DNA from: a virus
Lineage: Duplodnaviria > Caudoviricetes
Reading direction: 5' to 3' (one strand)
Length of the DNA stretch: 38,639 nucleotides
Virus record (IMG/VR): IMGVR_UViG_3300031520_000012
Coordinates: 1-38,639 of that record
This document shows, piece by piece, positions 8,915-18,291 of the stretch; position 1 is the stretch's first letter, and each line of letters begins with the position of its first letter. Position numbers and translations under genes: made by a program. The notes under the pieces were generated by a model, which was not told where the DNA came from, ran no database searches, and worked only from the letters and a program-made list of their open reading frames with translations.

Positions 8915-10217
8915 GGATGACCACCTCGTAACGGCCTGGCGCAACCCAGCCGGGATGTCGAATGCGATTGCGGTAAACGAAGTCGAGCAGCGTGGGCCGG
9001 ATCGCCGCCGGGCTGTCGCCAGCGACGGCGAGCGCGATCAGCCAGGCCGACATCGGCGCGAAGGTGACGACGTAGCGCACCGGCGGCAGGCGGCCGATCG
9101 CCTCGTTCATGTCGCGCGCCCACGCCGTGCGCACGTCCCGCACGGAGCGCCAGGCGGCGCCCGCGCCGGCCGCCGCCAGTTCGGCCTGCAGCGCGGCCAG
9201 CGCAACGTCGACCCGGTCGCGCCAGGCGACCGCTTCGTTGCGGCTGTTCCACACGACGCCGGACGCGGCCCGCGTCGCCTCGGCCGCCACTTGCAGGCGC
9301 GTGGCCTGCAGCATCGCGGTCGAGAGCGGGAGCTCGCCAGGCATCGGCTGCAGCAGCGGCAGCGCGGCGAGCATGACGGCGGCCGCGACGCGCGGGTCGG
9401 CGCTCGGCACCGGGTCCGGCTCGAGCGGACCGGGACCGATCGCGGGATCGGCGGCGACGTCGACCGCCAGCGAGAGCGCCGCCGGCGGCGCCGCGAGCAA
9501 CCCGGCGAGCTGCGCGGTCAGCGTCGCGTCGGCGACCAGGGCGACGCCGCCGGTCATCGCGTCGAGCGGGGCTGCCGCGGCCGCGGCGAGGGCGCCGGTG
9601 CTATCGGTGCCGATGCCGGAGGGCGAGTTGCCGAGCAACCCGTCCCAGACCCCGCCGACGCGCGCCAGCACCGATTGCGCCAGGCCCAGCAGCGCCGCCG
9701 CATCGCCCAGTGGCGCCAGCACGCCGGCGAGGAACTGCTTGGCCTGGTCGACCGCGCTGTCGAGCGCGTCGAGCAGGCCGCCCAGCGTGGTCGGCGCCGC
9801 CACCTTGCGCTCTTGCCACACCTGAAAATGCAGCGTGACGGTGCAGACGAGCTGCTGCTGGTGGTCGAAGCTGAACTCGGCCGGCTGCACCAGGATGCAC
9901 TTGATTTCACCCAGCCAGGGATGCAGCAGCGTGCCGGGGCCGGCCTGCTTGCAGGCGGCCTCGAGCCGCTTCTGTCGCCGCAGCCAATCGCCGCCGACGA
10001 GCAACGCGCTGACCTCGATCGGGCCGTCGATCGCGCCGAGATCCTCCTGGACGGTGTCGGCGCGGCCGGGGAACAGGAACTGCGCCCAGCGGCGGCCGGC
10101 GCTGTGCCGGCTGTCGATCATGTCGAAGGTCACGCCGCGCCAGGAGGCGCTCTGCAGCAGGCCCAGCACACCCGAGAGCAGCGAGCCTCCGGTGAGCGAA
10201 GACAGGAAGCCCGACAT
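8907..10217 (-). CDS. DNA circularization protein (Mu gpN)
   Basis: LQSASWRGV.F...GRR....FP......EDLG...GPGTLLHPWLG; C-terminal RNRIRHPGWV. Confidence 0.93.
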   Translation of the reverse strand: MSGFLSSLTGGSLLSGVLGLLQSASWRGVTFDMIDSRHSAGRRWAQFLFPGRADTVQEDLGAIDGPIEVSALLVGGDWLRRQKRLEAACKQAGPGTLLHPWLGEIKCILVQPAEFSFDHQQQLVCTVTLHFQVWQERKVAAPTTLGGLLDALDSAVDQAKQFLAGVLAPLGDAAALLGLAQSVLARVGGVWDGLLGNSPSGIGTDSTGALAAAAAAPLDAMTGGVALVADATLTAQLAGLLAAPPAALSLAVDVAADPAIGPGPLEPDPVPSADPRVAAAVMLAALPLLQPMPGELPLSTAMLQATRLQVAAEATRAASGVVWNSRNEAVAWRDRVDVALAALQAELAAAGAGAAWRSVRDVRTAWARDMNEAIGRLPPVRYVVTFAPMSAWLIALAVAGDSPAAIRPTLLDFVYRNRIRHPGWVAPGRYEVVIRA

Positions 10218-12538
10218 CAGGCCCGGCCCAGCATTTCGCCGCGGTCGATCGGCATCAGGCGCTTTGGTGCCTCGACCTTGGCGTTGCCGTCGGTGGTGAC
10301 GCGGATTTCAATCGGATCGAAACCGACGCGGCCGCCGGAGAAGCTACTGGGCGTGAACATGCCGGTGCCGGTCTGGCGCTGCTCGTCCGTAGAGAGCGGC
10401 GGCGGCTGGACTGGGGGCGTGCCGCCCAGGCCGAGCGCGCCCCGCATCCGTTCGATGCGATCTTCGATCCCCGTCAACACGGCGTTGAAGCTGTCGGTTA
10501 CGCCGCCCCACAACCCGCTGAAGAAGGAGCCGAGGCCGCTCCACGCCTGCTTGATCGCGGCGATCGAGCCCTGCATCGCGCCGTCGATCCAGCCCGTGAG
10601 CCAATGCCAGAATTGCACGAAGGCAGCCTTAACGACACCCCAAAGCCGCCAGAACAGCGGCCCGATCTTGTCCCAGTTTCGCCAGATCAGCACCGCCGCG
10701 GCCGCGATTGCGACGAGTATCCAGACCAGTGGACCGCCCCCGATCACCAGCGTCGCCAGGCCGCGGGCCAGCCACACCACGCCCGATCCCAGCAATGAGA
10801 ATGCTCCCCGCAGCACCAAAATCACCCTGCCGATCCCGAGGAAGCGCGGCCCCAGGATCTTCTCCAGCGACAACAGCGTTCCGAGCGCGACCGCCATGGC
10901 GAGCAGTCCGCCGCCGAGCCCGAGCGCCAGCTTGGTCAGGACGGGAAAATGCTCCTCCATCCAACTGAGGCCGCTCACCACGCCGCCCAACAGCGCGCTC
11001 TCGACCGGGACCGTCCAAGCGAAGTTCTTGCCCAACCGCTGCTCCAGCGCGCTCGCCTTGGCCGCACGCTCCTGCCGCTGCGGCGACAAGCCGGACTGCG
11101 CGGTGCGATAGTCCCGATCCAGCTTGTCGGCTTTGATCTTGTCCAGCTCGTCACGCAGCTTCAGATATTCCTGCTCGTGCTGCACCAACGCGAGCGCCGC
11201 CGTTCCCGCCTGTTGGTTGTGCAGCACCTTGCCGAGATAGAACGCCTTCGCGACGTCGCCCTTGATGCCCTGCGTCATGCGCTTGAGGATACCGATGTAG
11301 GTTTCCATCGGGTCTTTTCCGGCCTGCTCGGCGGCCGTCATTTCTCCGACCAGATCGATCCCGACCTTTTTGAACGCCTTCTTTGCGTAGGGCTGGGTCA
11401 TCGCGATCATCATGTCGGTGAAGTTGGTCGCGGTCTGGTTGGGATCGCCGCTGCTGGCCGACACCACCTCGAGCGCGGCGGCCACCTTGTCGAGCGAGCC
11501 GCGCCCCTTCATTCCGAGCATACTCATCCGGCCCGTGATCGTCGGCATGTAATGCGACATCGCCGCCATCCCGAACGTGCCCTCGTGCGTGGCCTGCGCC
11601 ATCGCCGCGAGCGCCCCGGGCATGTCGGCCTCGCCGATCCCGAGATTTTTGTTCAACGCCGAAACCGCCTGCCCCATGCTTTCGGTATCGACGCCGTAGG
11701 CCGTGGCCGCGCGGCCGTGGATCGGCAGCAGCCGGTCAACGGTCTCCGAGGACAGGCCGCGGTTGCGCAGGTCGCGATAGGCTTCGGCCAGGCGCACGAT
11801 CGGCTGGCCGGTCTCGATGCTCTCCTTTTCCAGCATCGAGTGCAGCCGCCCGATTTCCGCCTCGGCCCCCTTGCCGCTCAGCGTGCCGATGATGGCGACC
11901 TGGCGCAGCACCTTGTCCAACTCGGCCGCCGCGCGGATCGGTGCCTCCAGCGTGAGCGCGGCAAGCCCAGTTTCCATCAGGCCCATATTCTCGCCGACCC
12001 GCGGTCCGCCCGGCTTCGGCCAGCCGAACCGCCCGGCTCGCGGATTGTAGTTCAACGGGATGCCGCCTTGGCCGCCTCCCGGTCCGGGATTGTAGTTCAA
12101 CGGGATGCCGCCTTGACCGCCTCCCGGTCCGGTCAGCAGCGGCGGCCCGCCTTCCATGAAGGGCGCATCGCGAAGCGCCGGCACCCGTCCGCCGCCACCG
12201 CCAGCGCCGGCGGTCGTCGCGGCCATCGTCGTCCGCGAGACGCCAGGCGGCAGGAACGCGGTGCCGGCCGCGTTGATCATGATCGGTTGCGACGACAATC
12301 GCCGCAGCTCCGCCATCGCCGATCGCGCCGACGCGCCGATCCCGTCCACCTTGCGGCCGGCGCGGTCGGCCGACGCGCCCAACTTGTCGAGCGCGCGATC
12401 GGCGCCGTCGAGCCCGGCGAGCTGCACCTTGCGACCGAGTGCGGCCAACGCCTCCAGCTTGCGCGACAGCGCCACGATCCCGGAGGACAGCTGGTCCTCG
12501 AGTTTCAGGATGAAGCTGGCGGTCAGCGAGGCGGCCAT
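10217..12538 (-). CDS. Tail tape measure protein
   Basis: 773 aa, Ala/Gly-rich and helical. TP901-type core, hydrophobic segment, NWDKI and W-spaced repeats; lies between chaperone and gpN. Confidence 0.93.
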   Translation of the reverse strand: MAASLTASFILKLEDQLSSGIVALSRKLEALAALGRKVQLAGLDGADRALDKLGASADRAGRKVDGIGASARSAMAELRRLSSQPIMINAAGTAFLPPGVSRTTMAATTAGAGGGGGRVPALRDAPFMEGGPPLLTGPGGGQGGIPLNYNPGPGGGQGGIPLNYNPRAGRFGWPKPGGPRVGENMGLMETGLAALTLEAPIRAAAELDKVLRQVAIIGTLSGKGAEAEIGRLHSMLEKESIETGQPIVRLAEAYRDLRNRGLSSETVDRLLPIHGRAATAYGVDTESMGQAVSALNKNLGIGEADMPGALAAMAQATHEGTFGMAAMSHYMPTITGRMSMLGMKGRGSLDKVAAALEVVSASSGDPNQTATNFTDMMIAMTQPYAKKAFKKVGIDLVGEMTAAEQAGKDPMETYIGILKRMTQGIKGDVAKAFYLGKVLHNQQAGTAALALVQHEQEYLKLRDELDKIKADKLDRDYRTAQSGLSPQRQERAAKASALEQRLGKNFAWTVPVESALLGGVVSGLSWMEEHFPVLTKLALGLGGGLLAMAVALGTLLSLEKILGPRFLGIGRVILVLRGAFSLLGSGVVWLARGLATLVIGGGPLVWILVAIAAAAVLIWRNWDKIGPLFWRLWGVVKAAFVQFWHWLTGWIDGAMQGSIAAIKQAWSGLGSFFSGLWGGVTDSFNAVLTGIEDRIERMRGALGLGGTPPVQPPPLSTDEQRQTGTGMFTPSSFSGGRVGFDPIEIRVTTDGNAKVEAPKRLMPIDRGEMLGRA
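12042..12131. repeat. 2 x 45-bp tandem repeat in tape measure (GPGGGQGGIPLNYNP)
   Basis: Copies at 12042-12086 and 12087-12131 differ at one base. Confidence 0.92.
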
Positions 12539-13122
12539 CTAACCCTTCCGCTCGTGGTCGAGCGCCTGCATCGTGCCCATCCAGAACGCCAGGTCCCGAT
12601 CGTCGAGCGCCAGCAGTGCCTCCGGACCGAAGCCGAAATGCTCGCCGATCAGGGCGAGCTTGGCTGGCCAGCGGCTGTCGGCGTCCCACCATCCAAGAAA
12701 AAACTGAACACCCGCGCCGCGGCGGCCGCGTCGGCGCCGTCCATCATGTCGTAGACCTTGTCGAACACGGCCTGCTGCATGCGGCAGCTCTTGGCGATGC
12801 CGGTGGTGACCGCGTGGCCCTGGCCGGCGCTCATGATCGCCCGCATCGCCGCGCCGTTGAGCCGGTGCATGTGGAGTTCCGCGTGGGTCTCCTCGCGCAC
12901 CTGGTCCGAGCTCGACCGCCGCCAGCGCATCGTCACCGGATAGCGCAGCTTCAGGATCACGCTGCCGTCGCTCTGCAGTGCGGCGTTCGACGGCAGCTCC
13001 TCGCCGACGGCGGTGTCCTCGGCCACGACCACCACGCCGTCGGCTCCGGCCGTGGCCGGGTCGCCGGCGTCGCCAGGCTCGGTCATGTCGATCAGCACGA
13101 CGGGATCGTTTGCGTTAGCCAT
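12539..13122 (-). CDS. Extended tail assembly chaperone produced by -1 programmed frameshift
   Basis: In-frame slippery T TTT TTC at 12697-12703. The -1 frame reads ...WWDADSRWPAKLALIGEHFGFGPEALLALDDRDLAFW...KG to TAG 12539-12541, which abuts the TMP start. Confidence 0.8.
12649..13122 (-). CDS. Tail assembly chaperone (Mu gp41-like)
   Basis: LKLRYPV...L.MHRLNG..M...D.MDGAD pattern; lies between tube and TMP. Confidence 0.85.
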   Translation of the reverse strand: MANANDPVVLIDMTEPGDAGDPATAGADGVVVVAEDTAVGEELPSNAALQSDGSVILKLRYPVTMRWRRSSSDQVREETHAELHMHRLNGAAMRAIMSAGQGHAVTTGIAKSCRMQQAVFDKVYDMMDGADAAAAARVFSFFLDGGTPTAAGQPSSP

Positions 13123-13486
13123 TGAGCAGCGTCTCCGGTTCGCCGGCGGCCCACTTCATCTCCAGCTTGCCGCCGGCGGCGTCGCCGGTCATGTCGGGGC
13201 GGTTGGTCAGGAACGCATCGCTGAAGATGAAGGACTGGCCGCTGTCGCAATTGCACTGCAGTTCGCCCTCGCCCCCGGCGAACAGGCCGGGAATATCCTG
13301 GCCGCGATTGACCACGCTCGTGCAGGTGATCTCGCTGGCCTCGTATTCGCGGGCGTATTTCGTCTTGCCCTGCACCAGCACCGGGTTCTGCTTCCAGCCT
13401 CCCAGCTTGATCTTGGCGCCCTTCTCGACGTCGAGCGCGGTGCCGCGCCAGACGATGTCGATGACGCCGAGTGTCTGTCCCGCCAT
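13115..13486 (-). CDS. Tail tube protein (Mu gpM)
   Basis: 123 aa after the sheath; QTLG..DI.W.G...KIKLGG...DSGQSF...DAFLT..P. Confidence 0.88.
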   Translation of the reverse strand: MAGQTLGVIDIVWRGTALDVEKGAKIKLGGWKQNPVLVQGKTKYAREYEASEITCTSVVNRGQDIPGLFAGGEGELQCNCDSGQSFIFSDAFLTNRPDMTGDAAGGKLEMKWAAGEPETLLNG

Positions 13487-13501
13487 GCTACGCTCTCACC
13501 T

Positions 13502-14995
13502 TCAAGCTTCGAATTCCAGCCGGCCCGCGAAGACCATGAAGTTGCCGATCACGTTGACGATCTGCCGCGCGTCGATGCGGTTGCGATCGTTCTTGTTGCG
13601 CACGAACGACGCGCGCGCCGACGTGTCCTGCGCGCCCTCGATCCAGGCCTGCTGCTCGTAGAGCGAGCAGCGCGCCGCCCAGGAATTCCACACCCGCCGC
13701 GGCGTGGCCACCACGTCCGAGTAGAGCGCGGCCGGCGCGCCGTCGTCTGCCAGCTTGGCGCGCGGATAGACCAGGCCGAGATAGCTTGCCCAGTCGTAGC
13801 GGATCCGCGTCATCGTCTTGGCCGTCATCAGGTCGAGCCACGCCGTGTCCGGCACCACGAGCGGAGAGAGCTGGTAGGACGAAATCGCGCGCTCGATCGT
13901 GATGGTGCCGTCCGACAGCACTGAGAACGTCGAGAACCCGTTGCGCAGCAGCTGCTCACGATCGTTGGCGAGATAACGATCGCGCGGCGCCGGCGCATAC
14001 AGGCCCGGCAGCGACAGGCTACGCAGTTGCCGCGCCGGGTCGTTGGCGAACTGGAAGGTGGCGATGCCGGCATAGACCGCGCCCCACTCCCAGGGCGGGC
14101 TGACCGAGCCGTAGCTCGGCAGCCGGGACACGAAGCGGCTGTTGCTCTGGCTGTTGGCCGCCAGCGCGGCGCCGAGGCTCATGTCGTAGCCGACATAGCC
14201 CGTCATGTCCTTGCGGCCGGTCGCGGTGTAGCGCGCCTCCGCCTCGGCGTTGAGCAGCCCGAGATTGGCGGTATCGGTCCAGCCGAGCTGGACGTCGGTA
14301 TACCAATCGTTGGCGATCGCGGTCAGCAGCGGCGTGATGTCCGGATCGCCGGCGCCGCCGACCATCGGCGCGATCGCGCAGCTCCAGGTCCCGGGCGGCG
14401 CCAGGTAGTCGCCGCCGGTGCCGATCCGGATGCGCAGCGCGTTGCCGTAGCTGCCCCCGTTCTTGGCGGTCAGCGTCACGGCGCCGGCGGCGCTGCTCGC
14501 GTTGACGTAGCTGAGCGGGTCGGCGTTGATCAGGGCCGCGATCGTGGCCGCCTGGCTGGACAGCGACGAGGTCTGCGCGAGCACCGCCGGATAGTAGCGG
14601 CCGCCGACGTAGAGCGGCACCGTCGCGTTGCCGATCAGCGCGCCGGTCAGCGTCAGCGTCCCCGTCGCGGCCGTCGCGCCGTTCACCGGCCAGGTGCCGA
14701 TCGCGTAGAGCGTCGTGAACGGGTTGGCGAGCACGAACTTGTCGCACATCGCGGCCAGCATCGACCCGGCGCCGAACAAGGCCGCGCCCTGACCGACCCG
14801 GAAAATCTGATAGACCGTCGCCGCCTGACCGTTGCCGCCGACCATCATCTGCCCCATCAGCAGCGCCTTGGTCGGAAAGCCGACCAGGCCGATGTTCTGG
14901 TAGTTCGCCTTGATCTCGATCTGCGTCGACGGGCGGCGAATGTCGTAGGAGATCTCGTCGAACGAGACCGTCTGCGCGGCCAGGGTTCCGCTCAT
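13502..14995 (-). CDS. Contractile tail sheath protein (Mu gpL)
   Basis: SFDEI..DIR.P, FGAGSML, LTAKN.G..GN, GGAGDPD, DPARQL..L.L, LL.NG.ST, RYP RAKLADD motifs. Confidence 0.96.
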   Translation of the reverse strand: MSGTLAAQTVSFDEISYDIRRPSTQIEIKANYQNIGLVGFPTKALLMGQMMVGGNGQAATVYQIFRVGQGAALFGAGSMLAAMCDKFVLANPFTTLYAIGTWPVNGATAATGTLTLTGALIGNATVPLYVGGRYYPAVLAQTSSLSSQAATIAALINADPLSYVNASSAAGAVTLTAKNGGSYGNALRIRIGTGGDYLAPPGTWSCAIAPMVGGAGDPDITPLLTAIANDWYTDVQLGWTDTANLGLLNAEAEARYTATGRKDMTGYVGYDMSLGAALAANSQSNSRFVSRLPSYGSVSPPWEWGAVYAGIATFQFANDPARQLRSLSLPGLYAPAPRDRYLANDREQLLRNGFSTFSVLSDGTITIERAISSYQLSPLVVPDTAWLDLMTAKTMTRIRYDWASYLGLVYPRAKLADDGAPAALYSDVVATPRRVWNSWAARCSLYEQQAWIEGAQDTSARASFVRNKNDRNRIDARQIVNVIGNFMVFAGRLEFEA

Positions 14996-15249
14996 GCCGC
15001 AGCTCCGTCGGTCTTCGCGGGCTTGTCGCGGCCGCGCTCGGTCTTGGCTCCGGCGTCGATCGCGGCCTGGGTGACCAGCACCGCGTCGCCCTCGTCGAGC
15101 CGCTTGCGCAGCCAGACATCCGGCGCCACGAAGGCCCCCCCGGTCGGCAGATCGGCGCCGGGCGCGAGCCCCAGGCCATCGAGCGTCGTGCCGCCTTCGG
15201 GCAGCACCAGGCGCCGTCCCGCGGCCGGCTTGATCGCCATCATGTCCAT
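14992..15249 (-). CDS. Mu gp38-like protein (DUF2635)
   Basis: IKPAAGR.L..P...LP..G..V....W.RKRL.EGD; TAATG overlap start. Confidence 0.8.
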   Translation of the reverse strand: MDMMAIKPAAGRRLVLPEGGTTLDGLGLAPGADLPTGGAFVAPDVWLRKRLDEGDAVLVTQAAIDAGAKTERGRDKPAKTDGAAA

Positions 15250-15932
15250 TACGACTGCCTCACCTGTTCGATTGTCTCGCCGCCGATCGGCGGCAGGTCT
15301 TTGGCTTTTTGGCCGCCGATCGGCGGCAGGTCTTTGGCTTTTTCGCCGCCGATCGGCGGCAGGTCCCACTGGGCGCCGACGCGGAGGAACTCCGGCAGCG
15401 CCTCGGCCGCGTCCGGGTCGACGACGGAGAGCGAGCAGTCGACCTGCAGCGCAACGACGCCGATTTCCTCGTTGACGAATTCCTGCAGCGCCGCGTTGTC
15501 GACGCTCTTGACCCAGAAGCTGCCGAGGCCCTGCTCGCTCCAGCCGTGCAGCAGCGCGATCGCAAGCCCGGCCAGACCGAGCTGGCCGACGCCGAGAGGG
15601 TCGCCCTCGAGCAGATGTTCCGGCCTCTGGTTTTTGCAGCCGAGATAAACCAACCAGCCGGCATCGCAGTGGAAGACGCGGCCGGTATTGCTCGACGGCG
15701 TCAGGCCGAGCCACACCAGGCCGATGAACGGCATCGTCAGCAGCGCGCGATCCCAGGTTGGTTTGCTCGGCCGCGCCGGGAGCGTCAGATGGTGGAACTG
15801 CCGCGGCGGGAAGGCGAACTCGAGGCGGCGCTTGAGGGCGGCACGACAATCGAACAGCGGACCGCGCTGCGAGAGCCGCAGCGTCGGCGAGCGCTCCGCC
15901 AGGTCGGTTTCCCCCGGACGCGAGCCGCTCAT
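15249..15932 (-). CDS. Putative tail terminator/neck protein (Mu gp37 position)
   Basis: ATGA overlap with gp36 and synteny. The C-terminus carries DLPPIGG(E/Q)KAK repeats. Confidence 0.7.
   Translation of the reverse strand: MSGSRPGETDLAERSPTLRLSQRGPLFDCRAALKRRLEFAFPPRQFHHLTLPARPSKPTWDRALLTMPFIGLVWLGLTPSSNTGRVFHCDAGWLVYLGCKNQRPEHLLEGDPLGVGQLGLAGLAIALLHGWSEQGLGSFWVKSVDNAALQEFVNEEIGVVALQVDCSLSVVDPDAAEALPEFLRVGAQWDLPPIGGEKAKDLPPIGGQKAKDLPPIGGETIEQVRQS
15279..15365. repeat. 33-bp period tandem repeat, each unit containing the 16-bp palindrome GCCGCCGATCGGCGGC
   Basis: Palindromes at 15279-15294, 15312-15327 and 15345-15360, separated by near-identical aggtctttggcttttt(g/c). Confidence 0.93.
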
Positions 15933-16351
15933 CGGAACAGCGCCCCGCGGTCGCGGAACATCGCTGACCGGTCCTGCACGCGCGCGCCGGAGGGTGGGCC
16001 GGACAGCGCGGCGCCGTCGAGCGTCACCAGTCCGGTGCCGATGTTTTCCAGCCAGCCGACCTGCACCTTGTGGGCCAGCCGCACGCTCTCGGCCGGACCG
16101 GGGCCGGCGCCGGCGGCGAGCATGTAGCGGGCCAGCGTGCAGCAGCATTCGCGCACGATCGGGGAAACCGGAACGGGCACCAGGTAGCGGCGGCGGAAAT
16201 AGCTGTCCATCAGGTCCGACGCGGCCTCGAGCTTGGGCTGCACCCGCTCCGTCCGCACCCCGGCCAGGTCGGCACCATCCGGCGTCGACAGCCGCGCGAT
16301 CTCGGCCTCGCCGGCGAAGTCGACCAGATCCTGGACCGCGGCATAGCTCAT
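15929..16351 (-). CDS. Head-tail adaptor Mu gp36 (DUF1320)
   Basis: MSYA..QDL....G..EI..L...AS..MDSY...RY.VP...C.LARY.L...WL..I..G.V.L. Confidence 0.92.
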   Translation of the reverse strand: MSYAAVQDLVDFAGEAEIARLSTPDGADLAGVRTERVQPKLEAASDLMDSYFRRRYLVPVPVSPIVRECCCTLARYMLAAGAGPGPAESVRLAHKVQVGWLENIGTGLVTLDGAALSGPPSGARVQDRSAMFRDRGALFR

Positions 16352-16363
16352 CGTCGCGCAGCG

Positions 16364-16906
16364 CTAGAACCGCGCCGACGAACGCGTCTCGGACGCGCCG
16401 GCCAGGGCATTGCGCAGGCCGGGCGCGGCGCGATTGGGCGGATCCGAGATCGCGGCGGCCGCCGCATCGCCCGCCAGGCGCGGATCGCGCGGCGCAGTGG
16501 CCAACAGCGGATCGGCGCCGAACAGACGCGCGCTCCGCGGGGTCGGCTTGCCGCCGACGCTGACCATCTCGATCCGCGGCTCGGACGCGAACGCCTCGAG
16601 CTGCTCGGCGGTGAACGCGTCGAGCGGATACTCGGCGCGCGACGGATGCATGATGCCGCCGCGGCGAAAGCCGGGCGTGCCACAGACCAGCATGATGTAG
16701 GACGGGCTTGCGCCGGTCTCGAGCACGTCTTGCGTCAAGCTGGCGCGCTCGGCCTCGCGCAGCGCCTCGAGCGGGTCGCCGCCGAAACCTTCGAGCGGCA
16801 CCGCGCGCGAGGGCAGGACCGGGTCGATATGCCCGTCGGCGAAGGCGGCGGCGGCGGCGGCCGCGCCCTCGAGCCCGGCGGCGGCGCGGATCGGGTTCTT
16901 GCTCAT
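16364..16906 (-). CDS. Mu gp35-like / HI1506-related protein
   Basis: GFRRGG..H....YP...FTAEQL.....EPRI.M motif; follows the capsid gene. Confidence 0.75.
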   Translation of the reverse strand: MSKNPIRAAAGLEGAAAAAAAFADGHIDPVLPSRAVPLEGFGGDPLEALREAERASLTQDVLETGASPSYIMLVCGTPGFRRGGIMHPSRAEYPLDAFTAEQLEAFASEPRIEMVSVGGKPTPRSARLFGADPLLATAPRDPRLAGDAAAAAISDPPNRAAPGLRNALAGASETRSSARF

Positions 16907-16914
16907 GAGACCTC

Positions 16915-17817
16915 CTAGGCGAGCCAGGGCGTGATCAGCAGGTCCGCCGTGTCGCGCCAGATGTTGGTGGCGCCGGCGGCGTCGCGCTCGGCGTTGAGCA
17001 GCGTGCGCGCCTGCGCCTCGAGCGTCGGCGGCACCACCAGCAGCGGCTTGGCGCCGGCGAGCAGGCCGAGCGGGCGGCCATAGTCGGCGCGCAGGTTCTG
17101 CATCGCGTAGCGGGCCGCGCCGTAGCCGGCGCTGTCGAGCCCCTGCTTGGAGGCATAGGCGATCTGCCAGAACCCGTAGCCGGCGTTGCAGCGGCCGTCG
17201 ATGCCATAGCGATACTGCTTGCGGTCGAACACCACCTCGTCGGTCGGCGCGTCCATGCGGATGAAGTCGAAGGCCCGGCGATCCTGGAAGATGAGCGGCT
17301 TGTAGCCGCGGCTCTGGTCGATGAGATACCAGGCGACGCCGGTGCCGCCGCCGAAATTGGAGACCGAGGCGATCTGGCCGTTGGCGTCCAGCACCGGATG
17401 ATCGGTGTCAAAGAAATACTGGCCGTCGTAGCAGGGCGTTGCGAACCCGGCCGACAGCAGCGGCCACACCAGCTCGTCCGGAAACGCCCCGGTCGCGCGC
17501 CCCATCTCGGTGAACAGCGGCGCGTAGATGCCGATGTTGTCGTCCTCGATGTCGTCGCGATCGACCGAGACCGTGAGTTCCCATGGCCGGTTGCGGATCG
17601 TGTAGCCGTAGACGTTGAGGCTCTGGATGACGCGCTCGCCGATCCATTCGCGGATGCGCGGCATCTGGCCGAGCCAGCCGTATTCCTGGCTGCGCGTGGT
17701 GCTCGGCACCCGCATCGCGACGCGCTCGTAGGTCGAGGCGGCCATGCCCAACCCGTTCGCGAACGAGGTGTTGTAGCCGATGAAGAGAGAGCGGAGGTTG
17801 GTGGCGTTCAGCAGCAC
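16915..17817 (-). CDS. Major capsid protein (Mu gpT)
   Basis: YGWLGQMP.IREWIGER, V.RDDIEDDN.G.Y, CYDGQYFFDTDHPV, KPLIFQ.R, GYGFWQ.AY. Confidence 0.97.
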   Translation of the reverse strand: MLLNATNLRSLFIGYNTSFANGLGMAASTYERVAMRVPSTTRSQEYGWLGQMPRIREWIGERVIQSLNVYGYTIRNRPWELTVSVDRDDIEDDNIGIYAPLFTEMGRATGAFPDELVWPLLSAGFATPCYDGQYFFDTDHPVLDANGQIASVSNFGGGTGVAWYLIDQSRGYKPLIFQDRRAFDFIRMDAPTDEVVFDRKQYRYGIDGRCNAGYGFWQIAYASKQGLDSAGYGAARYAMQNLRADYGRPLGLLAGAKPLLVVPPTLEAQARTLLNAERDAAGATNIWRDTADLLITPWLA

Positions 17818-17829
17818 GTCATGGCTCCT

Positions 17830-18291
17830 TTAGATCTCGACCCACACGCCGAGCTGGTCGACGCTGCGGATGATGCCGACCGCGAGGCGGGCGCCGCTGT
17901 TGGATGTCAGCGCGACGGTCTGATCGTCGACGGCGTAGGCCGTGGCGCCGAAATTGATGGTCGCGATCTGGTCCGGCCCGACCGCCGAGTTGGCAAGGCA
18001 GAATTGCTTGCGCCGACGCACCCGCACGAACGGCGTCGGCTGGTCGATGACCAGGCCGCCGGTCGGGAACGCGCCCCGCGGCGTGGCGCCGGCGGGAAGG
18101 AAGTCGGCCGAGCCGGTCTGGGCGATGCCGGCGATCTGCACGGCTCCGGCGTCTTGCGGCCGCAGCGACTGGCCAGCGGCGTTGAGCGCCACGAGCGCGC
18201 CGCGGTAGATGATCACGCCGGGCGCGATCGGGAACTCGTAGACCTCGGCGTTGCGCTCCTGCGTGTTGCGGTCGGACGTGAGCGCACTCAT
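17830..18291 (-). CDS. Putative capsid decoration/cement protein
   Basis: MSALT.DRNT...IYRGALV.LNAAG...AY.VDDQTV..T...GVWVEI; lies between protease and capsid. Confidence 0.75.
   Translation of the reverse strand: MSALTSDRNTQERNAEVYEFPIAPGVIIYRGALVALNAAGQSLRPQDAGAVQIAGIAQTGSADFLPAGATPRGAFPTGGLVIDQPTPFVRVRRRKQFCLANSAVGPDQIATINFGATAYAVDDQTVALTSNSGARLAVGIIRSVDQLGVWVEI

Noticed and set aside
15279-15365. 33-bp palindromic repeat as a mini CRISPR array
   Set aside because: The intervening sequences are near-identical rather than unique spacers, the unit is in frame within a gene, and there are no cas genes.
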